DNA of 64,000 nt, taken from the NCBI GenBank assembly GCA_964347975.1, contig CAYGAY010000008.1, positions 35,283 through 99,282 of the forward strand, read 5' to 3'. Below are positions 55,706 through 64,000 of this stretch, piece by piece (within the stretch, counting starts at the first letter, position 1; each line of letters opens with the position of its first letter). Under the pieces are notes generated by a model. It was not told the DNA's origin. It was given only the letters and a program-made list of their open reading frames with translations, and did no database searches. Made by a program: the position numbers and the translations under genes. This stretch comes from an uncultured Dehalococcoidia bacterium. Lineage in GTDB: Bacteria; Chloroflexota; Dehalococcoidia; Lucifugimonadales; UBA3495.

Positions 55706-56656
55706 TTGCTGGCGATTCGGCGGGTGATCGCCACTCTGCCGGCGCTTACGGCGGATGAGATCGCCCAACGCGACGGGGCGATAACCGGCGGGCGTTGCGC
55801 CCCGCACCTGTGGCCTCTCTGGCCGATATCCCAGGCTGACCGCTCGCTGTGGCGTCTGCTGATTGACGATGCAAACATCGCCCGCTTTTCCGTTTACGGC
55901 CTGTTCCCCGAGACCTACGGGGTGGTGTATGGGGGCGGGAATCCCGCCGTGCGTTACGACGGGCGCAGTCGGGGCCGGGTTGCCATCATCACCGGGCAAC
56001 GCTACGGCAGCCCGGTGGGTATCGTCATCAAACCGTGCCAAAGTCCGGCCGAGGCTGGTATCGCGGATATAGCCGGCGAGTTGGGCGTAGGCCCCCGGCA
56101 ATTTCCAAGCATATCCGGGTTCATCAGCGAGGAGTTCGTTGAGGGACGATTCCTCACCGAATTGACACCCGATGACGCAACGCAGGATCGATGGAGAAGC
56201 ATCGGCAAAGCATTGGGCGCGGCGTTGCGCAGTCTGCATCTCGCCGGGGTATGCTATAACGATGCTACAATTTCTGACCCTGACGGACGCTCCCATGTCA
56301 TATTGACATCCGAAGGCAGCATCCGATTAATCGATTTCGGCGTGGCGTTGCTGCTGCGCGGCCATCCGTCCGATTTGACCTTCCATGACGCCTACAATGC
56401 GGCACGCACGGATCCCATGTTCCACCTGTTCCGGCAGATGGCCGGCGGCGGGGACTCCCAAAGCCTCGGTAATTTCGTCGCGGAGTACGGGCGGCGTCTG
56501 GCCCACCAGACTATGGAGGAAATCCAGGAACGAGATTGGCGGATCGCCGAAGGAGGGTTGTCGGCAATTGCTGCTCGGTTCGGGCCGATGGTGGTGGAGG
56601 CGATGGGGGACGGGTTGGCCGATGGGCGATCATCAGGGACGCTGCCCGGGCTGTAG
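55706..56656 (+). CDS. Atypical protein-kinase-like (RIO/Bud32/LPS-kinase-like) protein
   Basis: SEEFVEGRFL, SLHLAGVCYNDATISD, and IRLIDFGVAL (DFG). Start uncertain (TTG 55706). Same frame as the DUF952 gene, separated from it only by TGA 55670-55672. Confidence 0.55.
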   Translation: MLAIRRVIATLPALTADEIAQRDGAITGGRCAPHLWPLWPISQADRSLWRLLIDDANIARFSVYGLFPETYGVVYGGGNPAVRYDGRSRGRVAIITGQRYGSPVGIVIKPCQSPAEAGIADIAGELGVGPRQFPSISGFISEEFVEGRFLTELTPDDATQDRWRSIGKALGAALRSLHLAGVCYNDATISDPDGRSHVILTSEGSIRLIDFGVALLLRGHPSDLTFHDAYNAARTDPMFHLFRQMAGGGDSQSLGNFVAEYGRRLAHQTMEEIQERDWRIAEGGLSAIAARFGPMVVEAMGDGLADGRSSGTLPGL

Positions 56657-56698
56657 CAACCGGAGAGATCGAGCAGCCGAGAAGCGAGGTTTTGCGGG

Positions 56699-57382
56699 GT
56701 GGCCGTGAACCGGCTGGCGGCGGTAGCGATTTCGTGCGTGGCGGCGGCGGCGCTTTTGGCCGCGGCCGCGTGGATGGCGCTGGGCAGAAATGGTGACGGC
56801 CCGCCGGATGCCGCGGTGCAGATTATCCCTCCGACCGAGGAAGTGGTGGAAGGCGCTCGGCCGGCAACCACCCTATCGACGCAGGTTGGCCTGGGCGAAA
56901 CCGTATCTGCTCCCACGGAAATCGTTGTGTACATCACTGGCGCCGTGGTCAATCCGGGAGTTTACCCGGCAACCTCGGATCAACGGCTGCACGACGTGTT
57001 GACGCTGGCCGGTGGCCCAACCGACGATGCCGACCTTGCCAGCATCAATTTGGCGGCCCGGCTCACCGACGCTGGGCATTACAAGATCCCGTCGGTCGAT
57101 GATATGGCGCCCGACGCGCCGGCCCTCGGCGAGGCGCAGATCGCCGGGAGCGAGACTCTTCCGACGGCGAATCCATGCGCAGCCCCAATCAATATCAACA
57201 CCGCTGCCGCCGAATGCCTGGAAACCCTTCCGGGTATCGGCACGGTGCGGGCGGAGTCCATAGTGGCTCACCGTGAGCAGATGGGGCCATTCGCCGCCGC
57301 CGAAGACATCAAGGCCGTGTCCGGGATCGGCGACGGCATCTATCAGCGCATTGCCGACATGATCGCCGTGGCTGATCAGTAG
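56699..57382 (+). CDS. comEA: ComEA-family DNA-binding competence protein
   Basis: TM anchor, a SLBB-like VVYITGAVVNPGVY segment, and C-terminal HhH (ININTAAAECLETLPGIGTVRAESIVAHRE). Confidence 0.85.
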   Translation: MAVNRLAAVAISCVAAAALLAAAAWMALGRNGDGPPDAAVQIIPPTEEVVEGARPATTLSTQVGLGETVSAPTEIVVYITGAVVNPGVYPATSDQRLHDVLTLAGGPTDDADLASINLAARLTDAGHYKIPSVDDMAPDAPALGEAQIAGSETLPTANPCAAPININTAAAECLETLPGIGTVRAESIVAHREQMGPFAAAEDIKAVSGIGDGIYQRIADMIAVADQ

Positions 57383-57408
57383 TGGCAGACCGCTCTTGCG
57401 CTTCAAAT

Positions 57409-57437
57409 CGTCATTCCTGCTTTCGCGGGAATGACGA
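57409..57437. repeat. REP hairpin TCGTCATTCCTGC-TTTC-GCGGGAATGACGA
   Basis: Classic GTCATTCC...GGAATGAC palindrome between comEA and comEC. Confidence 0.55.
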
Positions 57438-57495
57438 GCGAACTTTGAAAAGACCGTAGATACGCTGGATGCGGGTCGCCGATTGACCGCTCACC

Positions 57496-59958
57496 ATGCG
57501 AATATTCCCCGAACTCACGTTGGCGGCGATGGTGGCCGGCGTTGGACTGGCGCTGCGGTCAGAAGTAACCCTGCATTCGTCCTGGCCGCTTTTGATGCTG
57601 GCTCTGGCGGGATTCGCCGTCGCTGTGGGACTGCGGGCTTTGCAACTGCCCACCGGCCCCGTGATCCTGGCGGCTGCCCTGCTCCTCGGGTTTTGGCGTG
57701 GCCACTCGGCGGCGCCCCCGGAGCTGCCCATCGTACCCAGCGGTCCGGCGAGTGAGATTGTGTTGTTGATCACGGATGCGCCGGTCCCGGTCCAGAGCAG
57801 CTACCAGTTCCCCGCCCGTGTGCTGCCTGCCGATGGCGACGCTATCGGCAGCATTCCAGACGGCGCCAACCTGTTGGTGCACGCGCTGCCCCCGCCGGAC
57901 TTGGTGTACCAACGCAGCTCGCCCCATTTGCGTTACGGAGACACTCTGCTAGTGTCCGGCCGGGTGGAACATCCTGAGCCAATAGGAGATTTCGACTACG
58001 CCGCGTGGCTGGCATCACGGCAGATCTCAGCGGTGATGTGGGCTCAGGAATCTGAGTTTCTGGGCGCAGCTCGGATTGCAGGACCGATAACAGTTCTGCA
58101 CTCGGTCAGGAGCCGGCTGGCTGGCGCTTTGCAGAGGGGCATATCGGCGCCGCAATCCGCTTTGGCGCAAGCCCTTTTGCTCGGTTTCAGAGGCGAACTG
58201 CCCGAGACCGTGAAAGATTCCTTTCGCGCCGCTGGAATGTCCCATCTGCTGGCGATTTCCGGCCTTCACGTCGGGATCGTGATGGCCCTGACTCTTGCGG
58301 CGGCGTCCGCGGCGGCCGGACGGGGCACTCCGCTGGCGGTCGTGCTGGCGGCGGCGGCGGTATGGACTTACGCTGCGCTATCCGGCTTCGACCCGCCGGT
58401 GGTGCGAGCGTCCATCATGGGTAGCCTTGCGTTGACACAGATCTTACTGGGGCGCGGTATGCGCGGCGTCACGGCTCTGCTGCTGGCCGCAACAGTGATG
58501 GTGGGAGCGCAACCTGCGATCCTGGGCAACCTGTCGTTCCAACTCAGTTTCACGGCAATGGCCGGCGTGTTGGTGGCGCTGCCGCTAATAACCGTTCTGT
58601 CCGGCGCGATTGGCGGATCCCTCGCCGCCCAAGGTTCCGCCATGGCGCGGTGGTTTGGTTACGGGCTCACTCTGTTGATCGCGTCCGCTATTATCTCCAC
58701 GTTCACCACCGCGGCGACGGCGCCCCTGGTGGCGATGCACTTCGGGTCACTACCTCTGATGAGCGTTCCCGCCACGATATTGGCGATGCCGGCGATGCCT
58801 CTTGCCCTGGTGGGTTCCGCTGCGACGGCCATCACCGGGCAATTGACGGCGCCATTGGCGGTGGCGGTGGGCACGCTGACCTGGGGACCGTTAGCCTGGC
58901 TGATATGGGTGGCGGACGCTATGCCGGCGGTCCTGATGCCGGCGCCCTGGCTGACTCCCCCGGTAGCGATTGCGTGGTGCATCGGTTTGGGGATGCTTGT
59001 AGCGCTGCTGTCGGCTCCTCGGATAAGGCGGGCTGCGACCGCCTGGCGACGTGGCCCGGCTTGGCGGCCCGGCGGTCTCGCCCGTCTCCTGGTCGCCGTA
59101 GGGCCGGTGGCGGCGCTTACGGTTCTGCTTTTTGTCTTCCAGTTGTCCGGGTCGCGGGCGGACGGACGCCTCCATGTGTACGTCCTGGACATCGGTCAGG
59201 GAGATGCCATTCTGGTGGTGACGCCAGACGGACGCCAAATGCTGGTGGACGGCGGACCAGATCCGACTGCAATTCTTTCGGCCTTGGGATCACGTTTGCC
59301 AGCGGGTGACCGAAAGCTCGACGTGGTGGCCGCCACTCACCTGGACAGCGACCACGCAGGCGGCTTGATTAGCGTATTGGATCGATATGATGCGAATGTC
59401 GTTCTGCAAAGCGCCCATACTCCCGTCTCCGCTCTCCATCCGCAATGGCGCAGCGTACTGGACAAACGGGGCCATTCCGTCGTAGTGGTGAAGGAGGGTC
59501 ATCGCATCAGGCTCGGGGATCAGGCCGTTGTGGAAGTGCTGTACCCGCCTGCGGAGGGGCTGCCGCCGGGGGTTGAAAAAAGCGCCAACAACCTCAGCAC
59601 GGTGATGCGCTTGACCTATCGCGAGGTTTCCTTTCTGCTTACCGGCGACGTGGAACACGACGCCGAGCGATTTCTGGTAGGGACCATGGGGCCGTCTTTG
59701 AAATCCAACGTACTCAAGGTTGGACACCACGGGAGCCGGTCGTCAACATCATCGGGTTTCGTGCGCAGCGTTGGGCCGGAGAGCGCCGTAATCTCGGCCG
59801 GTCGAGAGAATCGCTACGGTCACCCCAGCCCGGAAGTCATCCGGCGTTTAGAGGAGGAAATGGATCCTGACAAAGTCTTCATCACTGCCCGAGACGGGAC
59901 GGTTGAATTCATTAGCGACGGGACTGCATTGTGGGTGAAAACGGAATTGCCGCAATGA
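57496..59958 (+). CDS. comEC: ComEC/Rec2 DNA internalisation protein with C-terminal MBL domain
   Basis: Competence domain (AAGMSHLLAISGLHVGIV), many TM helices, and a C-terminal MBL part (VYVLDIGQGDAILV, HLDSDHAGG, KVGHHGS). Confidence 0.9.
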   Translation: MRIFPELTLAAMVAGVGLALRSEVTLHSSWPLLMLALAGFAVAVGLRALQLPTGPVILAAALLLGFWRGHSAAPPELPIVPSGPASEIVLLITDAPVPVQSSYQFPARVLPADGDAIGSIPDGANLLVHALPPPDLVYQRSSPHLRYGDTLLVSGRVEHPEPIGDFDYAAWLASRQISAVMWAQESEFLGAARIAGPITVLHSVRSRLAGALQRGISAPQSALAQALLLGFRGELPETVKDSFRAAGMSHLLAISGLHVGIVMALTLAAASAAAGRGTPLAVVLAAAAVWTYAALSGFDPPVVRASIMGSLALTQILLGRGMRGVTALLLAATVMVGAQPAILGNLSFQLSFTAMAGVLVALPLITVLSGAIGGSLAAQGSAMARWFGYGLTLLIASAIISTFTTAATAPLVAMHFGSLPLMSVPATILAMPAMPLALVGSAATAITGQLTAPLAVAVGTLTWGPLAWLIWVADAMPAVLMPAPWLTPPVAIAWCIGLGMLVALLSAPRIRRAATAWRRGPAWRPGGLARLLVAVGPVAALTVLLFVFQLSGSRADGRLHVYVLDIGQGDAILVVTPDGRQMLVDGGPDPTAILSALGSRLPAGDRKLDVVAATHLDSDHAGGLISVLDRYDANVVLQSAHTPVSALHPQWRSVLDKRGHSVVVVKEGHRIRLGDQAVVEVLYPPAEGLPPGVEKSANNLSTVMRLTYREVSFLLTGDVEHDAERFLVGTMGPSLKSNVLKVGHHGSRSSTSSGFVRSVGPESAVISAGRENRYGHPSPEVIRRLEEEMDPDKVFITARDGTVEFISDGTALWVKTELPQ

Positions 59959-59977
59959 CTGATGTTATAATTCCATT

Positions 59978-60709
59978 ATGAGACCTAATCGCCGGAAAAC
60001 CGATGCCGGAAGCCTTATTGTGGCCATTGACGGGCCGGTGGCTTCGGGCAAGAGTTCCGTTGGCAAGGCCGCCGCCGAAGCGTTGGGCTTGCGTTTCCTC
60101 GATACCGGAGTGATGTATCGCGCCGTAACCTGGTTGGCTCTGCACCGGGATGTTCCGGTAACGGACTTTTTGGCGATTGGCAGCCTGGCCGAGGGCTGCC
60201 AAATAGACGTGGCGGGAGATTCTCCGGGAACCGCCGGGGTCTCCATCGACGGGCACCAGTTAGGCGACGCCCTGGTCTCCGATGCGGTCAACCGGAATGT
60301 ATCAGCCGTATCGGCGGTGTCGGCGGTGCGTACCGCCCTGGTACGACGGCAACGGGCCATCGCCGTCGATGGCGGGATCGTGATGGTGGGGCGCGACATC
60401 GGGTCGGTAGTCCTGCCCTGCGCCACTGTCAAACTCTATATTGACGCTTCTGCCGAGGAGCGTGCCCGTCGCCGATTCGAGCAAATGCGGGAATCTTCCG
60501 TATCGACCAATTACGAGCAGATTCTCCACAATACTTTGCGTCGCGATGAATTGGATAGGGGGCGGGCGGATTCGCCGTTGATGGTCGCCGATGGAGCCAC
60601 CGTGATCAAGACCGATGGGATCGGCCTGGAAGAGGCGATTGCGGCCGTTGTAGCCGCTATCAACGCCGGGAAAAACGTTAATCCGCCAGGGCGCGCGTTG
60701 CGGAAGTGA
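59978..60709 (+). CDS. cmk: (d)CMP kinase
   Basis: IVAIDGPVASGKSSVGKAAA..LGLRFLDTGVMYRA and GRDIGSVVLP. Confidence 0.9.
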   Translation: MRPNRRKTDAGSLIVAIDGPVASGKSSVGKAAAEALGLRFLDTGVMYRAVTWLALHRDVPVTDFLAIGSLAEGCQIDVAGDSPGTAGVSIDGHQLGDALVSDAVNRNVSAVSAVSAVRTALVRRQRAIAVDGGIVMVGRDIGSVVLPCATVKLYIDASAEERARRRFEQMRESSVSTNYEQILHNTLRRDELDRGRADSPLMVADGATVIKTDGIGLEEAIAAVVAAINAGKNVNPPGRALRK

Positions 60710-60713
60710 CGGC

Positions 60714-61385
60714 ATGGCGTGGCTATATAAACCCAGCCGCCGTTTTGGACAGATGATGTGGTCGTTGACCGGCCGACTCACGGTCACCGGTCAGGAAGCC
60801 ATGCCGCCCTATGGGCCTTTGCTGGTTGCCAGCAATCATCTCTCGCTGAACGACGCCGGAACGCTGGTGGTGGCGTTGCCCAGGCAGGTGGTGTTCCTTG
60901 CGAAGAAAGAGCTTTGGGAAAAGCCTATTGGCCGCTTCTACTGCAACGCGGTCGGCGCGGTGCGGCTGGATAGGGCGCGCGGCGGCGGCGAAGCGCTAAG
61001 GTACGCTTTGGCAGCCTTGCAGGAAGACAAGGCCATCCTGATGTTCCCGGAGGGCAGGATCAGCCCCACAGCCCAATTGCAGCGCGGGCGAACCGGCCTG
61101 GCGTGGTTGGCCCTGAAAACTCAAGCTCCGATTTTGCCGGTGGGCATCGCCGGGACGGAGAAGTTCGCTTCGTGGCATATGCCGGTTCCCCTGGCCAGTT
61201 GGCAGGTGAACATCGGAACGCCCTTCACACCGCCTTTCGTCGAAGGCCCAATCACCAGGCAGCTGTTGACCTCGGTGACCGATATGGCGATGGAGCGCAT
61301 AGCAGCGTTGCTGCCGGAATCGTATCGCGGAGACTATGCCGACGCGCTGCGCCCATCGCCGGACAGAGCTGTGAACAGGCGGTGA
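60714..61385 (+). CDS. plsC: 1-acyl-sn-glycerol-3-phosphate acyltransferase family
   Basis: VASNHLSLNDAG (HxxxxD) and MFPEGRIS motifs. Confidence 0.85.
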   Translation: MAWLYKPSRRFGQMMWSLTGRLTVTGQEAMPPYGPLLVASNHLSLNDAGTLVVALPRQVVFLAKKELWEKPIGRFYCNAVGAVRLDRARGGGEALRYALAALQEDKAILMFPEGRISPTAQLQRGRTGLAWLALKTQAPILPVGIAGTEKFASWHMPVPLASWQVNIGTPFTPPFVEGPITRQLLTSVTDMAMERIAALLPESYRGDYADALRPSPDRAVNRR

Positions 61386-61413
61386 ATCGAATGGGCGGGG
61401 ATTGCTCCGGCCT

Positions 61414-62325
61414 TTATCTTCGTGGGCTCAACGCGATATTCCGATCCGGCGCACTCCGGTAACTCATCTCTTCATCGTCAAGGATGCGTTCCAGCTCAGC
61501 GGCCCGAAGATTGATCGTGTCCATGATGGCGGGCGGGATCCCGGCGTGCTCGTTGATGTAGTTGCTGAGCAACTCCAACTCATCGAACCCTTGGAAACAA
61601 TCCACGACCCCCCGTAATGCCGGGGAGAAATATTGTGTGTCCTGCCCCACTCCCCGGCCAACCGAGAAATGGTACACGTACTTCAATTTGTCCTTAAGGT
61701 AGCGCACCACCGGGAAGAAGTCGCTGTCTCCGGAGACCAGGACCGCCACGTCGAAACTGTCCATCTTGGAAATCATGTCCACGGCGATGCCGATGTCCAC
61801 GCCCTTTTCGCCAACCTGCGTCCCCTGGAAGTTGATATTGCCATCATAATCGTATTCAAGGCGGTAGGGCCGGAAGGGCTGCACCACATATTGGCCAACG
61901 TATTTGAACTCCAGAAAGTTGGTGTTCTGCTGTATATCCTCGAACACCGACTTGCGGAGTTGGTGGAAGCGGCGAAACTCGTGCTCGTACCAATCCTGGG
62001 CCTTCTGTATCACCAGGTCGGTAGTCAGTTCCGGCATCCGCATTCCATAGTCATCAACGATGCGCTGGGCGCGCCACACGTTAGGAGACCAGGGCGTGAT
62101 GTTTTCAGCGTAGTACCAATAGACGCGGACCAACTGATGATCCCAACCGGTTATGTCGTCGAACTTGGCAAGGGCATCCTGGAAAAATTCCTGCCACCTG
62201 AAATGCTTTTCGTCAAGCCGATACTCGGGATTATTGGGATGGGGTGGATCGGAGCGAAAGTGAAAGTCACGAAGATTGTGCCGGAAATTTTGCCCGTCAA
62301 CGAAGATAACTGTTCTCAGAGCCAT
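61414..62325 (-). CDS. NYN-domain (LabA/DUF88-like) protein with long insertion and C-terminal extension
   Basis: VIFVDGQNF... and EKGVDIGIAVDM...VAVLVSGDSDFFPVVRYL, the NYN/PIN-like acidic motifs. 303 aa. SD GAGGAG. Confidence 0.8.
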   Translation of the reverse strand: MALRTVIFVDGQNFRHNLRDFHFRSDPPHPNNPEYRLDEKHFRWQEFFQDALAKFDDITGWDHQLVRVYWYYAENITPWSPNVWRAQRIVDDYGMRMPELTTDLVIQKAQDWYEHEFRRFHQLRKSVFEDIQQNTNFLEFKYVGQYVVQPFRPYRLEYDYDGNINFQGTQVGEKGVDIGIAVDMISKMDSFDVAVLVSGDSDFFPVVRYLKDKLKYVYHFSVGRGVGQDTQYFSPALRGVVDCFQGFDELELLSNYINEHAGIPPAIMDTINLRAAELERILDDEEMSYRSAPDRNIALSPRR

Positions 62326-62469
62326 TTTGATACTCCTCGTCGTCGCAAGGGCAAAGTACGCCTGATTGGAAATGTGTCCGTCGGCTGTACGGGAAAGGGA
62401 GTTATGGGGGACGTTAGCAAACGGCGACGACTTTATGGATGGATGGGTGTGATTTTTGCGCCGGCCTGT

Positions 62470-63372
62470 TCAGTCGGCCGGCGCGGCAATGTCGATATCG
62501 TAGCGGTCCAGGAGTTCATCCAATTGAGCGGCCGTCCGTTCGTCGGGCGGCACGAGGGGCAACCTCGGATCTCCAACGTTGAATCCGGCTCTATTCAAGC
62601 CGTATTTCACCGGGATGGGGTTAGACACGATGAAGAGACCTTTGAACATATCGAGCAGCCGCAGGTGTTCGGCCCCGGCGGCTTCCACGTCGCCTTCCAG
62701 GGTAAGTCCGATCATTTGCCTGATTTGGTTGCCTACCAGATGCGCGGCGACGCTAACAACGCCGTATCCGCCCATCGACATGATACTGAAGGTTTCGTCG
62801 TCATTGCCTGACCAGACCCGGAAGTCATCGGGGGTGTCGCGGATGACCTTGGCAATCTGCACCGGGTCGCTGCTGGCTTCCTTGATGCCGATGATGTTTT
62901 CAATCTGGGACAAGCGCACCGTGGTGTCGTTCGTCATATTCAGACTGGTACGGCTGGGAACGTTGTAGAGCATTCCCGGCAGATTGGTGCACTCCGCCAG
63001 GAGACGGAAATGCCGGAACAGCCCCTCCTGGGGTGGTTTGTTGTATGCGGGCACGGTGAGCAGGAGGGCATCCGCTCCCACTTTCTCGGCCTCTCGACTC
63101 AACTCGACGGACGCCAGAGTGTTGTTGTCGCTGGTGCCCGCTATAACGGCCCCGCGGTCGCCGATGGCATCTTTGATCTCGCCATACAATTGGAGTTTTT
63201 CCTCCATCGACAACGCCGGTCCCTCGCCAGTGGTGCCGGTGACCACCAAACCTTCGGAACCGGAGTCCAGCAGAGCCTGGGCGAGACGCTTGGCCTGCGC
63301 ATAATCTACCTGACCTTCGTCGTTAAACGGCGTGACCATAGCTGTAATAAGCCGGCCAATTTCAGTAGGCAT
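62470..63372 (-). CDS. dapA: 4-hydroxy-tetrahydrodipicolinate synthase
   Basis: ITAMVTPF...VVTGTTGEGPALS...YNVPSRT...IIGIKEAS. ATG 63372 follows GAGGAGG. The track start is over-extended. Confidence 0.92.
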   Translation of the reverse strand: MPTEIGRLITAMVTPFNDEGQVDYAQAKRLAQALLDSGSEGLVVTGTTGEGPALSMEEKLQLYGEIKDAIGDRGAVIAGTSDNNTLASVELSREAEKVGADALLLTVPAYNKPPQEGLFRHFRLLAECTNLPGMLYNVPSRTSLNMTNDTTVRLSQIENIIGIKEASSDPVQIAKVIRDTPDDFRVWSGNDDETFSIMSMGGYGVVSVAAHLVGNQIRQMIGLTLEGDVEAAGAEHLRLLDMFKGLFIVSNPIPVKYGLNRAGFNVGDPRLPLVPPDERTAAQLDELLDRYDIDIAAPAD

Positions 63373-63502
63373 AAAACGCCCCTCCTCAGGTGTGGTTGCG
63401 TCGCAATACGCAAATTTTCGAACCCACACCGTCTGCACGTTGCCATTGTATTTTCGCATTATACATATTGCGTCAACCTTGTGCCATCACTCGCGACAAA
63501 TC

Positions 63503-64000
63503 GGTAGCGTTACGTTTTAGGTGGTTTGATTGTAGGATGGGGAAAATACCAGGGTTGCGACTGGCGGGAGGCGCACAGTGATGGGATTGCTCTACGATCT
63601 GGAAACTCGGTTGGAGCAACAGATTCCAGCGCAGTTGCAGCGCTCATTGCAGCAAGCCCGGGACGACTACCGCTCGATTTGTTCCGGCTGCATTCTGGCG
63701 ATGCGCCGGCATCATCACCAGGCCCACGCGATTACCACCCGCTAGGGCGTCATCGAGTTGCAGAGGCCAGTGTTCCGCGGTGGCGAGCGCTGGCAGATGA
63801 CCTGCGGCATGGCGCGGCGGGGCGCGGCGGAGCGCAATGCTCGGTACTCCAAAAACCCGCGAACCAGCCATCAAACTGGCGGCGCGGGGGTTGAGTTACG
63901 CTCAGAGCGGCCCGTGGTTGGGAGGTGTCAAGAGCGCTTTGTGCCATTGGCGGCGGCGGGCGCGGGCGCCGGAGTTGCAGCAGGGGGCGGTTGACTCGGC
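63503..64000 (+). mobile_element. Degenerate copy of the zinc-ribbon IS, left end plus transposase 5' part, continues beyond window
   Basis: IRL GGTAGCGTTACGTTTTAGGTGGTTTGATTG (63503-63532). Then MGLLYDLETRLEQQIPAQLQRSLQQARDDYRSICSGCILAMRRHHH...TTR*, parallel to the 6016 element but with an in-frame stop and frameshifts. Confidence 0.65.

Noticed and set aside
61633-62811. 392-aa plus-strand ORF
   Set aside because: It spans the antisense of both the NYN gene and dapA and crosses their intergenic region, so it is not plausible as a gene.

Overview
GC-rich bacterial chromosomal window. Gene content, REP types and the P450/LLM enrichment suggest a Chloroflexota-like aerobe, but that taxonomic call is inference only. 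Backbone genes: pheS-pheT, aroE-aroC, valS, rpsA, polX, ilvE, plsY, a caa3-type cytochrome c oxidase operon, comEA-comEC-cmk-plsC, dapA, tRNA-Trp(CCA) and tRNA-Gly(GCC). Accessory or unusual content: (i) a 3.3-kb IS graveyard (about 3.8-7.05 kb) with fragments of at least four IS families nested around a truncated N6-adenine methyltransferase. (ii) Directly next to it, five tandem cytochrome P450 paralogues, each apparently its own transcription unit, ending in a small 3Fe-4S-type ferredoxin and facing an LLM-class oxidoreductase. (iii) A Fur-family/ABC metal-uptake operon extended by an MFS transporter with His-rich tails. (iv) A visibly AT-richer three-gene islet of unknown function (53.7-55.3 kb), including a 4-bp-overlapping gene pair. 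(v) Several intergenic repeat families (170-205 bp MITE-like elements, a 30-nt IS end present five times, REP hairpins) that create spurious ORFs. No rRNA, CRISPR array or cas genes were seen. Many long ORFs in the track are antisense shadows of real genes, and many track ORFs carry N-terminal over-extensions (the track also uses GTG/TTG starts). All family names rest on motif recognition by eye; no database search was possible.
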